Below, in pieces: positions 21,811-33,917 of a DNA stretch of 64,000 nt. A program made the position numbers and the translations under genes. Under the pieces are notes generated by a model. It saw only the letters and a list, made by a program, of their open reading frames with translations. It searched no databases and was not told the origin of the DNA. Origin of the DNA: Blastocladiella emersonii ATCC 22665. Taxonomy: Eukaryota > Fungi > Blastocladiomycota. The stretch spans positions 62,001-126,000 of the forward strand of contig JANHCV010000016.1 of the NCBI GenBank assembly GCA_025594325.1, in the 5' to 3' direction. The stretch's first letter is position 1. Each line of letters begins with the position of its first letter.

Positions 21811-22317
21811 TTTGGGGGAAAGTCTAGTCGGCGGACGTCGGGAGGAGCGTGAGCGGGCGGCGGCGCGCGCGTTGCATGTAGCGGGGATCCATTGCATACG
21901 GTGAGGCGGGTCTTTGAGGGCAGGCGAGAACGGGGAGGGGCAGAAGGCGCGATCGGCGGGCGGCGGCGCGTCGCAGCGAGGGGTGATCGCGGACGCCACG
22001 CTGCACAAGGAAAACGCGACGTGGAACGGCCACGCGTGACGGCGGCGTGACCGGCCGAGTGGGCGTTTCTCTTCTCGGCGCGTGTCGCCACCGCCACTCT
22101 GCCGCCTTGCCTTCGCGCTCTCCCTCCCTGCCCCAGCGGACACGACAGCGCGCAGAGCAGCAGCCTCCCCGCAACGCATCAACCACTCGCTCGGGCATCC
22201 CGGTTCCCGGTCTGAGCGCGCTGCTGCTGCTCGTTGCTCGCTCGCTGCCGATCCTCTGACGACGCCGACTTCGACGCGTCGTACACCTCGCCGCCACCCG
22301 TCACACCTGCCGCCGCC

Positions 22318-25300
22318 ATGCTCACCAAGTTCGAGAGCAAGAGCAACCGCGTCAAGGGCCTGGCGTTCCACCCGAAGCGGCCATGGATCCTCGCCACGCT
22401 GCACAACGGGTCGATCCAGTGGTGGGACTACCGCATGGGCACGCTGCTCGACCGCTTTGACGAGCACGAGGGTACGCTCTCTGGCCGACGGCTGCGCCAC
22501 CACCGCCCATTCACACCTCGCGTGTAGGCCCCGTCCGCGGCGTCGCCTTCCACCCGACCCAGCCGCTCTTCGTGTCGGGCGGCGACGACTACAAGATCCG
22601 CGTGTGGAACTACAAGCAGCGCCGGTGCCTCTTCACGCTGCACGGCCACCTTGACTTTGTCCGCACCGTCTTCTTCCACCACGAGGCGCCCTGGATCGTC
22701 TCGGCCTCGGACGACTACACGATCCGCATCTGGAACTGGCAGTCGCGCTCGTGCCTCGCTGTCCTGACCGGCCACCATCACTACGTCATGTCCGCCCAGT
22801 TCCACCCGACCGACGACCTCATCGTCTCGTCCGCCTACGACTTCACCATCCGCGTCTGGGACATCTCGGGCCTGCGCAAGAAGCACTCGGCCGGGTCCGG
22901 TGGCCCCGCGTCCATGGGCGGCCTCCCCGGCGGCATCGGCGGTGGCTCGGGGCTCCCCAGCGGCCTCGCCGGCATGTCGTCGGCCGCGTTCGGCAGCTCG
23001 GGCGGTCCCGGCGGCCGCTCGGGCAACGACGATGGGCGGTCGGGCGGCGGCGCCGGTGACCTGTTTGGCAACACGGACGCGGTCGTCAAGTACGTGCTCG
23101 AGGGCCACGACAAGTGCGTCAACTGGGCCATGTTCCACCCGACGCTGCCGCTCATCGTGTCGTGCGGCGACGACCGCCAGATCAAGATCTGGCGCATGTC
23201 CGAGACCCGCGCGTGGGAGGTGGACACGTTCCGCGGCCACTACAACAACGTGTCGTCGGTGCTGTTCCACCCGCGCGCCGAGCTGCTCCTGTCGGCCGCC
23301 GAGGACAAGACCATCCGCGTGTGGGACATGCAGCGCCGCACCATTGCCCAGACGTTCCGCCGCGAGCACGACCGGTTCTGGATCCTCGTCGCCCACCCGC
23401 ACATCAACCTGTTCGCCGCCGGCCACGACTCGGGCCTCATCGTCTTCAAGCTCGAGCGCGAGCGGCCCGCCATGATGCTGCACCAGAACACGCTCGTCTT
23501 TGTCCAGGGCAAGCACCTGTGCACCTACGACCTCGCCACGGGCCAGGAGGTCACGGGCGCCCTCGTCAAGCGCGGCACCGGCCTCCAGCCCGCGCCCCGC
23601 ACCCTGTCGTACAACCCGACCGAGCGCCTCGCCGCCGTCGCCGTCGCCCAGGGCCAGGACGCCGGCCTCATCGAGCTGTACCACCTCGACCGCCAGGACG
23701 ACCCCGCCAAGCTCGCGGGCCACGCCGCCGTTTTCGTCGCGCGCAACCGCCTCGCCGTCCTCGACAAGGCGGCCGGGTTCATCCACCTGTACGACACGCG
23801 CGGCACCAAGCTCAAGGAGATCAAGATGCCCAACCACGTCGCCGAGATGTTCTACGCCGGCATCGGCCACGTGCTCGTCTCCACGGGCGTCAGCGTCGAG
23901 CTGTGGGACGTGCAGCAGGGCGTGCAGGTCGCCGAGCTCGTCAACGTCAACAACGTCAAGTACGTGGCCTTCTCGCCCGACATGACCCAGGTCGCGCTGC
24001 TGTCCAAGCACGTCATCACGCATTGCGCGGCGCGCACGCTCACCCAGGCGGCCGTCGTACACGAGACGATCCGCGTCAAGTCGGCGGTCTTCGACGGGCC
24101 GGTCCTCGTCTACACCACGCTCAACCACATCAAGTACGCGCTGCCCAACGGCGACAACGGGATCCTGTGCACGCTCGACCAGCCCCTGTACCTCGCGCAC
24201 GTCGCCCAGGACAGCATCACGGCGCTCACCCGCGAGCACAAGGTCACCAAGCTCCGCGTCGACGGCACCGAGTACCGGTTCAAGCTCGCCCTCATCACGC
24301 GCCAGTACGGCGCCGTGCTCAACATCATCCAGAACTCGAACCTGCTCGGCCAGTCCATCATCGCGTACCTGCAGAAGAAGGGGTACCCCGAGGTCGCCCT
24401 GCACTTCGTCCAGGACCCGCCCACGCGCCTCGACCTCGCCCTCGAGTGCGGCCAGCTCGATGCCGCGCGGGAGGCCGCCGACGTGATCAACCAGCCCGCG
24501 GCGTGGCACCGGCTCGCGAAGGAGGCGATGCGCCAGGGCAACGTGCTGCTCGCCGAGCACGCCATGCAGCGCGTCCAGAACATGCAGGGCCTGTCGCTCC
24601 TGTACCTCGCGACCGGCCAGACCGACAAGCTCGCCAAGATGATGGCCATTGCCCGCCACCGCAACGACCCGCTCGCCATCATGCACAACGCCGTCCTCCT
24701 CGGCCACGTCGAGGAGCGCGTCCGCGTCCTCATCGAGGCCGACCAGATGTCGCTCGCCTGGCTCACGTGCAAGACCCACGGCCTCGACGAGCTCGCCGAC
24801 CAGATCGCCCAGCGCGCCCGGCCCGGGATCACCCCCGAGGCCTTCGAGGCCCTCCAGCCCGCCGTCGCCAAGGTCCAGGGCGCAAACCCCGAGCTCCTCG
24901 TGCCCCGCCGCCCGCTCGCCCCCATGGTCGATAACTGGCCCCTCATCGAGTCCAACCGCGGCTACTTTGCCGGCGCCACGGGCCCCGAGGCCTCGGCGGC
25001 TGCTGTCGCCGCCGTCGCCGGCCAGGTCCAGCAGCTCGCCCTCGACGACAACTGGGCCGGGACCGCTGACCCCGCCGCGGTTTCCGCGACGTCGCCCGGC
25101 GGTGCTGACGCGGCCGACGCCGAGGATGCCGACGGCGGCTGGGGCTTTGACGACCTCGACCTGCCCGCCGTGACGCCGACCTCGGCTGCTGCTGCCGCTG
25201 CTGCTCCCGCGGCCGCCACCACGGCGACCGCCAGCGGCGCCGACGCGCTCGCCGCCGCGTACACGTCCCTCCCGCTGCAGGGCGCGAGCAAGAAGCAGTC

Positions 25301-26156
25301 GTGGATCCGCGGGTCGAACCGGGCCATTGACCACATCGTGGCGGGCTCGTACGAGACGGCCATGGCGATCCTGAACCGCAACCAGGGCATCTCGCATTTC
25401 GCCCCGCTGCGGTCCCTGTTCCTGACGCTGCACGCGGCCGCGTCGGCGCACGCGCCCGGCCAGCTCGAGCTGCCCATCGCGCGCAACTGGCAGGAGCCCG
25501 ACGCGCTGCGGTCGCTCCCCGTGCAGCCGCTTTCGCTCGACACGGTCACCAGCCAGCTGTTCCCCGAGGCCGGCCGCCTCACGCTCCAGAACAAGCTCCC
25601 CGAGGCCCTCGCGCTGTGGCGGTACGCCCTGCACGCGCTCGTGGTCGTGGCCGACGAGAAGCCCGATGCCGCGGCGACCGCCGTCGCGCTCGCCCGCGAG
25701 TACGTCCGCGGGCTCACCATGGAGCTCGCGCGGCGCGAGCTCGAGGCCGCCGACCCGCGCCGCAGCGTCGAGCTCGCGGCGTACTTTGCCGCGGCCGACC
25801 TCGACCCGGCGCACCGCCGCCTCGCGCTCCAGTCGGCACTGCTCCAGGCCAACCGCGCGGGTTACCTCCCGCTCGCCGCCCACTTTGCGCGCCGCCTGCT
25901 CGACCTCAACCCGCCGCCCGCCGTCGCGCAGAAGGCCGCGCAGCTGATCGCGGCCGCCGACGCGGCGCCGCCCAACGACGCACTCCCCGCCGTCGACTAC
26001 GACGCGTTCCACGTGCTCCCCGTGTGTGCGGCCTCGTTCACGGCGATTCATGGGGGAGAGGGACAGGCCAAGTGCCGGTTCTGCAAGGCCGCGTTCAAGG
26101 TCGAGTTCGCCGGCGCCGCGTGCGCCGTGTGCCAGGTCGCGACCGTGGCCAACTAG
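22318..26156 (+). CDS. COP1: Coatomer subunit alpha (intron 22472-22527)
   Basis: [23 protein letters not shown] start, WD40 repeats, coatomer WDAD region and C-terminal domain with CxxC pairs. Confidence 0.97.
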
Positions 26157-26201
26157 TCGTAGGTGATAGTGTTGAAGATGATGACCATTTTGCTTTATTA
26201 T

Positions 26202-28591
26202 TCATTCGTTCTGCATCCTCATCATCATCGCTGCCCGCACCCTGTCCCAGCTCACCTTCCCTCCCCTCGGCCTCCCCATCACCGCCGCCGTCGTCGCCGT
26301 CGTCAGCAGCGGCACCATACTCGGCCGCCCGTGCGCGCACTGGAACGGGCACCGCGTCGCGCTCACGGCGCGCACCAGCGTCGCGCACGCCGCCGCCGGC
26401 AGCGCGTCCCCGAACATGATGGCCGACCGGCACGCCCGCGACTGCACCGCGTGCAGGACCGGCGCCGGCGGCCGCCCGTGCGCGTCGCCCAGCACCCCCG
26501 CGACCAGCTGCGCTGCGTCCGCCGACGTCAGTTTCGCGCGGAGGAGGAGGGATGGGAGGCCGCGCAGGATCCACGCCGCGTCGCCGTCGGGGTCCGGGTC
26601 GGGGTCGATGAAGATGCCCCAGTACAGCAACCGGTCGCGTGCCGCGTCGTCCACCCCAATATTCCGCGGGAGCACGAACGCGGCGGGCGCGGAAAGCGGG
26701 ACCACGGGCAGCCCGCGTGCGCACTCGGCGAGGAGCTCCTCGAGCCGCACGCGCTCGTCGGCCGCGTGCTGGTCGATGGCGACCACGGACAGCGTCCCGC
26801 CGGCGCGCGCGGGTGGGGACACGCCCAGGATGAATTTGCAGTCGACCTGCCCCAGCACGCGAAGCCGCGCGAGGTCGCCGCGCGTCAGCGGGGTTTCGGC
26901 TGTCGTCGACACGACAGCGGCGGCCGGGTCGTGATTGTGGCGACACCCCGCAGCAGTAGCGGGAGTCGGTGGCGGAGACGGGATCGCGAGCAACGCGCAC
27001 GCAGCCGTCGGCGGCGGTCCCGGCGCGGTGGATGGCCGCGTGATGCGGCCCGTCGAGACGCGGCGCAGCGGCGTGGTGCGTTTCGAGAACCCGGTCCGCG
27101 GGTCGATCACGATGCCGCGCAGGGACGGTTCCGTGCGGCGGACGACGGGTGGGCGCGCGGGCGTCGGTGGCGCGGCGGGCTCGGGGCGCGCGATGCGGGC
27201 GTTGGGCGAGACCCAGTCGGGCACGGCTGGCGCGGGCGCGGGAGCGGAGGCGGGTGGGCGGCCGGATGAGGTTGGTGGTGGAGCGGGGTGCTCGAGCTGC
27301 CGCTTGAGGAGCGTCTTGATAAGGTCCTGGATAGACGAAGCGGGTCAGTTTCGGTTGATGCGTGGGTGAGGGAGTACGGACATGGCTGAGCGCGACGTGC
27401 CGTGAGCACTCGACGTGGCAGATGAACCCAAACGACTTGGCCTAGGCGCAATGCGACGTCAGTGAAGAGTGCGGGAACGAGGGAAGGTAGAACAACGTAC
27501 GCCGAGCACGCCCTGGATGTACCGCGTGAAGAGCGAGTGAATCTCGCCCGCGCCACACGCCTGCTGGTTGACGAACACGAGGCTCTGCGGGTGCGGCGAC
27601 TCGAACCACTCGCCGTGGACGCTCGGCTCGGTGGCGGTGGATCCGAGGACGCGGAAGGCGTGCGAGATCTGCACGAGAACGCGAAGCGTGAGCGAGAGTT
27701 GGTCGAGCGTTGGCTTCGCCAACGCACCAGTGGCACAGCGGTCGGCCCACACAGCTGCCTTAGCGCCGCGAGACTCGATCCGCACGGCGAAGTCGCGAGC
27801 ACCGTCTGTCTCGACCGGCTGTCGACGAGCGTGACGGCCAGGTGCGGGTGCGCAACGGCGATTCGCTCGAGCGCGAGCCGGGTCTTGGCCAGTAGCTCGT
27901 CAGGCCGCCAAAGCCGCCGGCGCACGGGGACGTTATAGAAGACGTCGGCCGCGGTAATGGTGGTCCCGCTGGGTCCGCGATCGTGGTCCTTGCACGAGAG
28001 AATGCGGGGGCCGGTCGTCGCGTTCAGCAGCCAGTGCACGCGGCGGGTCGAGTGCGCGGCCTTGGACGCGAGCTGGACGTGGGCGAGCTCCGACAGGGCG
28101 GACAGGGCTGGAATCTGTCAGTACGGGTGATGGTAGCGCGGGACGGCGGAGAGAGCGTACCCTGGCCGCGGAAACCGTGGAATCGCGGCGACGACTCGGT
28201 CATCACGTCGCCATCACACTTGGACGAGTCTAGGCTAGCGACGTGGTTGACCTTTCATGACACCGGAAGTCGAGTGCGATAGAGGCAGACGCACAGTGCA
28301 GCCGGCCAACTGCAGGCACGTCGTCGGGATGGATCCCGCACCCGTTGTCGGCCACGACGAGCTTGAGGGCGTCAGGGTCGACATCGACCCGGACCGTGGT
28401 GGCGCCAGCGTCAACCGCTACTCAATTCGTCCATCCATCAGCGTGTTGCCGGGCAGCAGGAGGAGGTTTTCTCACAGACCGTTGTTGACGAGCTCGATGA
28501 CGACCTGGTCAAACGAGTGCAGGGCCAGGGACGAGCGCAGGAGACGCCGGTACGGTTGCGGCAACTCGTGGATGCGCGGGACCTGATTCAT
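26202..28591 (-). CDS. MLH3: MutL homologue MLH3, about 7 exons
   Basis: GHKL motifs ELVNNAVDAGAT, DNGCGI and HGFRGQAL are reconstructed across introns. The C-terminal endonuclease motifs are DQHAADERVRLE, ACRSAIMFGD and CAHGRP. Confidence 0.9.
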
Positions 28592-28741
28592 GGGAGAATT
28601 CGTGCTTCATTGCGGGAGCAGCGAGAGAAAGAGCGTCAGGTGATGGAGCGGCGCGACGCGTCTCCTCCTTCGGCCAGCCAAGTTGGCGCCGTGGCTTTCC
28701 CCTCCTCCCTCTCCCTTTCCACAACGCACACTACTAAAGCC

Positions 28742-29455
28742 ATGCAAATCAACCTAGTCAAGAGCGCCGAGGGCCGCGTGCTGACGCTGCAGCAGGGCTA
28801 CGGGTGGAAAGAACTCGTCTTCTGCGCCTTGGTCGCCGCGCCCGGCCCGCTCATCTACGCCTACCTCGCCGACACGCACCTGTGGGGCATCCTGTCGCTG
28901 CTCGCCTTCGGCTACCTGTCCGCGAGCTTCCTCCCGCCCACCGCCGCCGTCACCGTGCTGCTGCCGCCCATCGACCCGCCCGCCAAGCCCGCGCCCGGCG
29001 GCGCCCCACCACCCGCCGAACCGACAACACCGGCCGAAATCACCTTCACCGTGCGCGACTCACCCTTCTCGTCCCCGCACGTCTACGTCGCGCAGACCGC
29101 CGACATCACCCAGGTGTGCATGCGCCCCGTCGCCGCCAAGGAGATCAGCAAGCAGCTCGCTGGCCGCCAGCTGCTCGTCATGTTCCGCGAGGGATACGGT
29201 ATCCCGACCACTGAGACCCTGTCGGTCGGCGATACCGCCGTCAAGGCGCTGCGCGACGCGGGCGTCGCGCTCGCCGGGTTCGTCGGCGTGCCGTTTGTCG
29301 AGTACGACGAGGATCCCGCCGCGGACCCCAAGGATAAGGCCAAGGACGCGGCGGCGGCGGGCGGGCGGCCCAAGTTCAACCCCGCGACGACGCAGGACAA
29401 GGTCGACGACGAGGAGAGTGAAGCCGAGTCGGCCGACGTCAAGAAGTCGAAGTGA
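28742..29455 (+). CDS. Two-TM protein resembling EROS/CYBC1, C-terminal KKxx
   Basis: ATG 28742. Two hydrophobic segments around Y..D...W, a later G[YF]..P.T motif, and the terminus VKKSK. The similarity to CYBC1 is a by-eye alignment only. Confidence 0.55.
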   Translation: MQINLVKSAEGRVLTLQQGYGWKELVFCALVAAPGPLIYAYLADTHLWGILSLLAFGYLSASFLPPTAAVTVLLPPIDPPAKPAPGGAPPPAEPTTPAEITFTVRDSPFSSPHVYVAQTADITQVCMRPVAAKEISKQLAGRQLLVMFREGYGIPTTETLSVGDTAVKALRDAGVALAGFVGVPFVEYDEDPAADPKDKAKDAAAAGGRPKFNPATTQDKVDDEESEAESADVKKSK

Positions 29456-29551
29456 GAGAGTGACCGCCCTACCCGCGCTGACCGCAAGCAGACAACTCGA
29501 ATCCACGGCTGTCTATATATTTATTGCTCCCCATCCTCCCATCGCTCCACC

Positions 29552-32500
29552 TCAATCCAGCAGCGACCAGTTCGGGTTCGACGACGGCGACGCGCTCGAG
29601 CCCGCGCCTGATGGCGGCGCGGACGTGAACCCGAGACTCGTCGACGACGCCCACGGGTTCGGCCCCGCCGCGGGCACCATGGCCGCCTGCAGCCCGAGCG
29701 GGTGGAACGACCCGGACCCGAGCCCGCTCGCGATCCCCGGGTTGCTCGGCGTCGACGTTGGCACCGCCCACCACTGCTGCAGATCCGAGCTCGGCGGCGG
29801 CAGCGCAGGTGCCGCGGCCGCGGCCGTTGCTGTTGAGGACGCAGACCCGTCGTCGTCGAGCGCGATCAGGACACCCGTCCACGCGCTGCTGCTTGCCTTG
29901 GCCGCAGTCGCGGCCGCCGACTTCTGCTCCTGCTCGGCCATGAGCACACGGAACGGGTTGCGCGACGTGCGCTGCGAGAACAGCGACTTGTAGATGGCCT
30001 GCTTGCGCGCGTGGTTGATCTCGACGGCTGCGACGCGCAGCAGCGCCAGCACGGGCTTGTGGTCCGACACCTTGAGCTCGGCGCGCGTGTACGAGAGCAG
30101 CTCGAACTTCATGGTGGTCGCGGCGGCGCCGTGCGCGGCCGACGGCGATGCCGCGCGGAGCGACGCCGCGGCCGCGGCAACCTTGGACGAGTTCTTGGAC
30201 TGGAACAGGATGCGGTCGCACCACGCCGGGATGCGGTTCTTCTCGGACGTGTCGTAGACGTCGGTGCCGTTGTTGTACCGGTACGTCGGCGGGAACGTGA
30301 TGGCGCCCTCGTCGTACCCGTGGAACGCGCGCTGCAGCCGGCGCTGGTTCAGCAGCTGGTCGCGCTGCAGCAGCTCGCCCAGGCTGCCCTGCGCCACGAG
30401 CCGCCGCACCGCCTCGTTCTCCATGTCGACGCGGTAGTTGAAGTCGCCGAACCACACAATGTGGTCGTGGTCCGGGATCGACCGCCCACGCTTGAACAGC
30501 GACTCGGACGCGATCGTCGCAAAGTCGTCGTTGCGGTCCTCGACGTTGGACTGACCCGCGGCGAAATGCGCCGTCACGAAGCAGAAGGGCGTGTCGTAGG
30601 CGGTGAGGCTGACGCTGATCCCGCCCTTGTTGCCCGTGATCCCGCCCATGCCCGTCTTGACAATCGACATCTCGACCGAGTGGATCGACGCCGTCAGCGC
30701 CGACTTGGCGAAGATGAAGATGGCCGCGCCCACGAGCTGCCCGTCGCACACGAGCACGTAGTCGTCACCGTGGCACCGGCGAATGACCTTGACCAGTTCT
30801 TTTCATGCGAGTGTGTCAGTGCCAGGAGCGAAAGCCGGGCAATCCCGAAAAGAAGCGTACCCTGCTGCCAGATCTGGCGCTTGACCGGGTCCGCCGACAC
30901 GATCTGGCCGGCCGTGAGCTCGACAATCTCCTGAAACCCGATAGCAAAGATATCGGGGCGCACGCCCGCGCCGTTCGACAGCCACGCGTCGAGTGGCTCT
31001 TGAGGCAGCCGGCCGTTGACGTTGTACGTGCCGACGTGGATGTGCAGGTCGTGCACGTGCGTGAACTCGGCGGCGCGCGCGTGCAGCTCGCGCTTGATCC
31101 CCTCGAGGACCGGGTCCCGCACCTCGAGCTTGCGCGTCTTGGTCTTGCCGAGCAGCGCGTCGATCGTGTCCTGGCGCGTCTTGTCCTGGAAGTTGTTGAT
31201 CACGAACCGGTTGACCGACTTGACCGAGTCGTCGAGCAGGCCCGCCAGCGTGCGCTTGCCCGACCGCGTGAAGCCCGACTTGAGCGCGCCGGTCCCGGCG
31301 TAGATGCGCGAGATGGCGTCGCCATTGTTGGCCCAGAGCTGCTTGAAGTCGTCCTCGAGGTGCACGGGGAGGCCCTGCGCAAAGTAGTTGAGCGCCTGCT
31401 GTGCGAGGAGGCCTTGGACGACGTTGGTGCTATGAATTGGGTAACAAGGGTCAGCGCGTGTCTCTGGGAGGTATCAGACGCTCGTACCGATCGAGGCAGT
31501 CGACACAGTTGACGCGAAACACGGCCGTCTGGTGCATGATGGCCTGGTGGTTTTGCGTGTCGACGAGGAAGCACATCATGCGCACGAGGTCAGGCTGGAC
31601 GCGGTCCACGAGCCGCGACAGCGCCGCGTAGTTGTTGCCCTTGCACTCGGCGTGAAAGTCGAAGTCGACGAGCCGGCGCTCGGTCGGCACCTTGGCCGGG
31701 TCCGCGTCGAACTGCGCCTTGTACTCGGTCGCGAGCACCGTCTCGCCGCCGCCGTCCTGCGACACGAGGTTGACAGCGATGATGCGGCCGTACCGGTCGT
31801 GCAGCTCGCCCATGTGCCGCTCGAACGCGGGCCGCGTCGCGTCGCGGGACCGGGTGACCTGCACCTTGTGCCCGACCACCTGGATGCCGGGCTGGTCCCA
31901 GAACACGGGCACGCTGCCGCGCACCTGCACGAACGACAGGAGCTGCTCGGGCGTGCGGTAGATCATCTCGGTTTCGACGTAGTTGGCCACGGCGCCCGCG
32001 TCGTCGATGCCGCGCGTGTTGTAGCGGGTGCCCGCGCGTCGGCTGCCCATGCGCGAGATGACTAACGAGCGAGAGCATGGGTGTGAGAGAACGTGCGGGC
32101 GGAAGGAGGAAAGTGAGCGTACTGGTGAGCGATCGCTGGCCGGCGTGCGCCTTACCGACGTAGCCCTGGATGACATTGATCTACACGCGGTAATCGAGTA
32201 CGGTGAGCTTGAAGAAGGAAACGGTGCCCGAAAGAGGAACGTACCAAAAACGACTGGTCCGACTCATTGAGCGCGGCCGCCGCCTCGAGCACAGAGACGA
32301 GCGGGCCCATCATGAACGCGTTCCAGACGAACTGCGAGTCCTGCGTCTGGTTGGGCTCGGGCGTGGTGGCGAGGTACTGCGCGGTGCGCGAAAGGTCGTA
32401 GCTGCTGGACGCGCCACCGGCGGCAAAGTAGAAGGTGCCCGACGCGAGGAGGCGCATGATGGCGTCGCAGGGGTGGACCGCGGACGCCGGGGTCGCTGTG

Positions 32501-33082
32501 CCCGGCGCACCCGACCCCGTGAAGTCGTCGTCGTAGAAGGAGCGCGCGACGGGCGCGTGGACGCGGTCGTAGACGTCGGAGGAGAGGGAGATGCTACGGC
32601 AATAGGGAGTGGCGGGGTGAGTACGCGCAACGCGGAAACGCATGGCGCACGACAACGACGTACAACTCGACGGCGGTGATCTGGCGGACGGGAGTGCCGT
32701 CAATGTCGGCAACGACATCGGCCGCGGTCACGACACCCACAAACGCGTCGTCGCCGACGATGAGGACGCCGAGGAGGCCGAGGACTGGGATGGGCGGGCG
32801 AGAGGTGTAGGTGAGGAGCTCAATGGACTGTGCGGGCTGGACGCGGGCGTTGAGGGTGACCTTGGCAGCGGTCTGCTCGACGGTGCGGAGGAGGAGGGCG
32901 ACGTCGGGTCCCGACTCGGAGCTGTTGCTGTTGTTGGCGACGAGGACGACCTCTCGCGGCGAGTTCTTGACGAGCAGCGAGAAGGGGGCGGCTGTAGCGG
33001 GCACTGGCGGCGGCAAGCGCGTCCCGCTCCCGCTGCCGTTGGCCGCGAAGGGCGGAGCCTGCTGTTGCTGGGAGTAGTTCAT
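29552..33082 (-). CDS. INP52: Synaptojanin-like polyphosphoinositide phosphatase (Sac1 + 5-phosphatase), multi-exon
   Basis: RRAGTRYNTRGID, QVRGSVPVFW, catalytic NCVDCLDRT (split by an intron), 5-phosphatase WFGDFNYR and PTYRY...PAWCDRILF. INP52 versus INP53 cannot be resolved. Confidence 0.9.
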
Positions 33083-33386
33083 GGAAGTCGCGTCGTTGAT
33101 GTGACAGTGGTTGGGTTGCGCCGAGTCAGTTGGTCTCAATCACGAGAATGCTTCATGTGCGCGGGGGCCAATTTGCGAGAGGGAGGGAGAGAGCAGGGGA
33201 GGAGAGGAGGGATCAGGGCGGGGAGGCTGCCCCGGCCGCCCGCGCGTCGCTCGTGTCGCTCGTGTCGCTCGCTCGCCGCCGCCCACCGCACGCGTGCAGC
33301 GAGGCGGGCGCTGAAGATGAAGCGCGAGGGTGAGGCTTGAACGTACATAATGTCGCGCGGCGGACTGAAGATATGAGCAACAACAT

Positions 33387-33458
33387 GGGGGTGTAGCTCA
33401 GTGGTAGAGCGCTCGCTTCGCATGCGAGAGGCCCCGAGTTCGATCCTCGGCTCCTCCA
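33387..33458 (+). tRNA. tRNA-Ala(CGC)
   Basis: GGGGGTGTAGCTCAGTGGTAGAGCGCTCGCTTCGCATGCGAGAGGCCCCGAGTTCGATCCTCGGCTCCTCCA. Folds as a cloverleaf with anticodon CGC and the G3:U70 alanine determinant, followed by a T-run terminator. Confidence 0.93.
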
Positions 33459-33917
33459 TTTTTCTCCCCTGCCCTTGCTTTTGCCCTCCGCTGGTTTGGT
33501 CGCAGGGGTTGGTTGATTGCTGCCGACGCGCCTGCGAGAGCCCTCTCCGCCACCCGCCGTGATCGTTCGGTCGCTCACTCGACCGTCTGCGGTGCGCCAA
33601 GCCACGAGAGGCGACGCGTCGCGTAGCAGCCGCTCCGTTTTGATCCTCGCTGTGATGCCAGCGGTCCGCTCGCACTCGGCTCCACTTCCCCCTCGTACAG
33701 CTGAGCATCTTACTGAGCTTTCAAGAACATCAACTGAGGGAGGGCGAGGAGAGTCCAGTGAAGAGACTATGAAAAAATGCTATTTTGCGATGAAATATGA
33801 GAGAGGGCAAAGCTAGATCAGGGTCGAGCCGCGCGCGCGAGGGTGCCGTGAGCGACAAATGCTCGCGCGCGCGGGTACAAAATCGAGACTTGAGAGAAAC
33901 TCCGACAACGATGGCGC

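Noticed and set aside
22890-23060. Gly-rich insertion in the alpha-COP WD40 region
   Set aside because: Falls in the variable loop before the conserved [15 protein letters not shown]; ordinary low-complexity expansion.
22428-26051. 1207-aa minus-strand ORF, and similar long ORFs at 44289-46412 (+), 15899-17311 (+), 6685-7953 (+), 61306-62643 (-) and 60211-61017 (-)
   Set aside because: Antisense or off-frame shadows of real genes. High GC3 suppresses stops, and the translations are Arg/Gly/Val-rich with no motifs.
28100-28200. MLH3 GFRGQAL instead of GFRGEAL as a sign of ATPase loss
   Set aside because: A single substitution next to a splice junction with other GHKL motifs intact, so there is not enough support.
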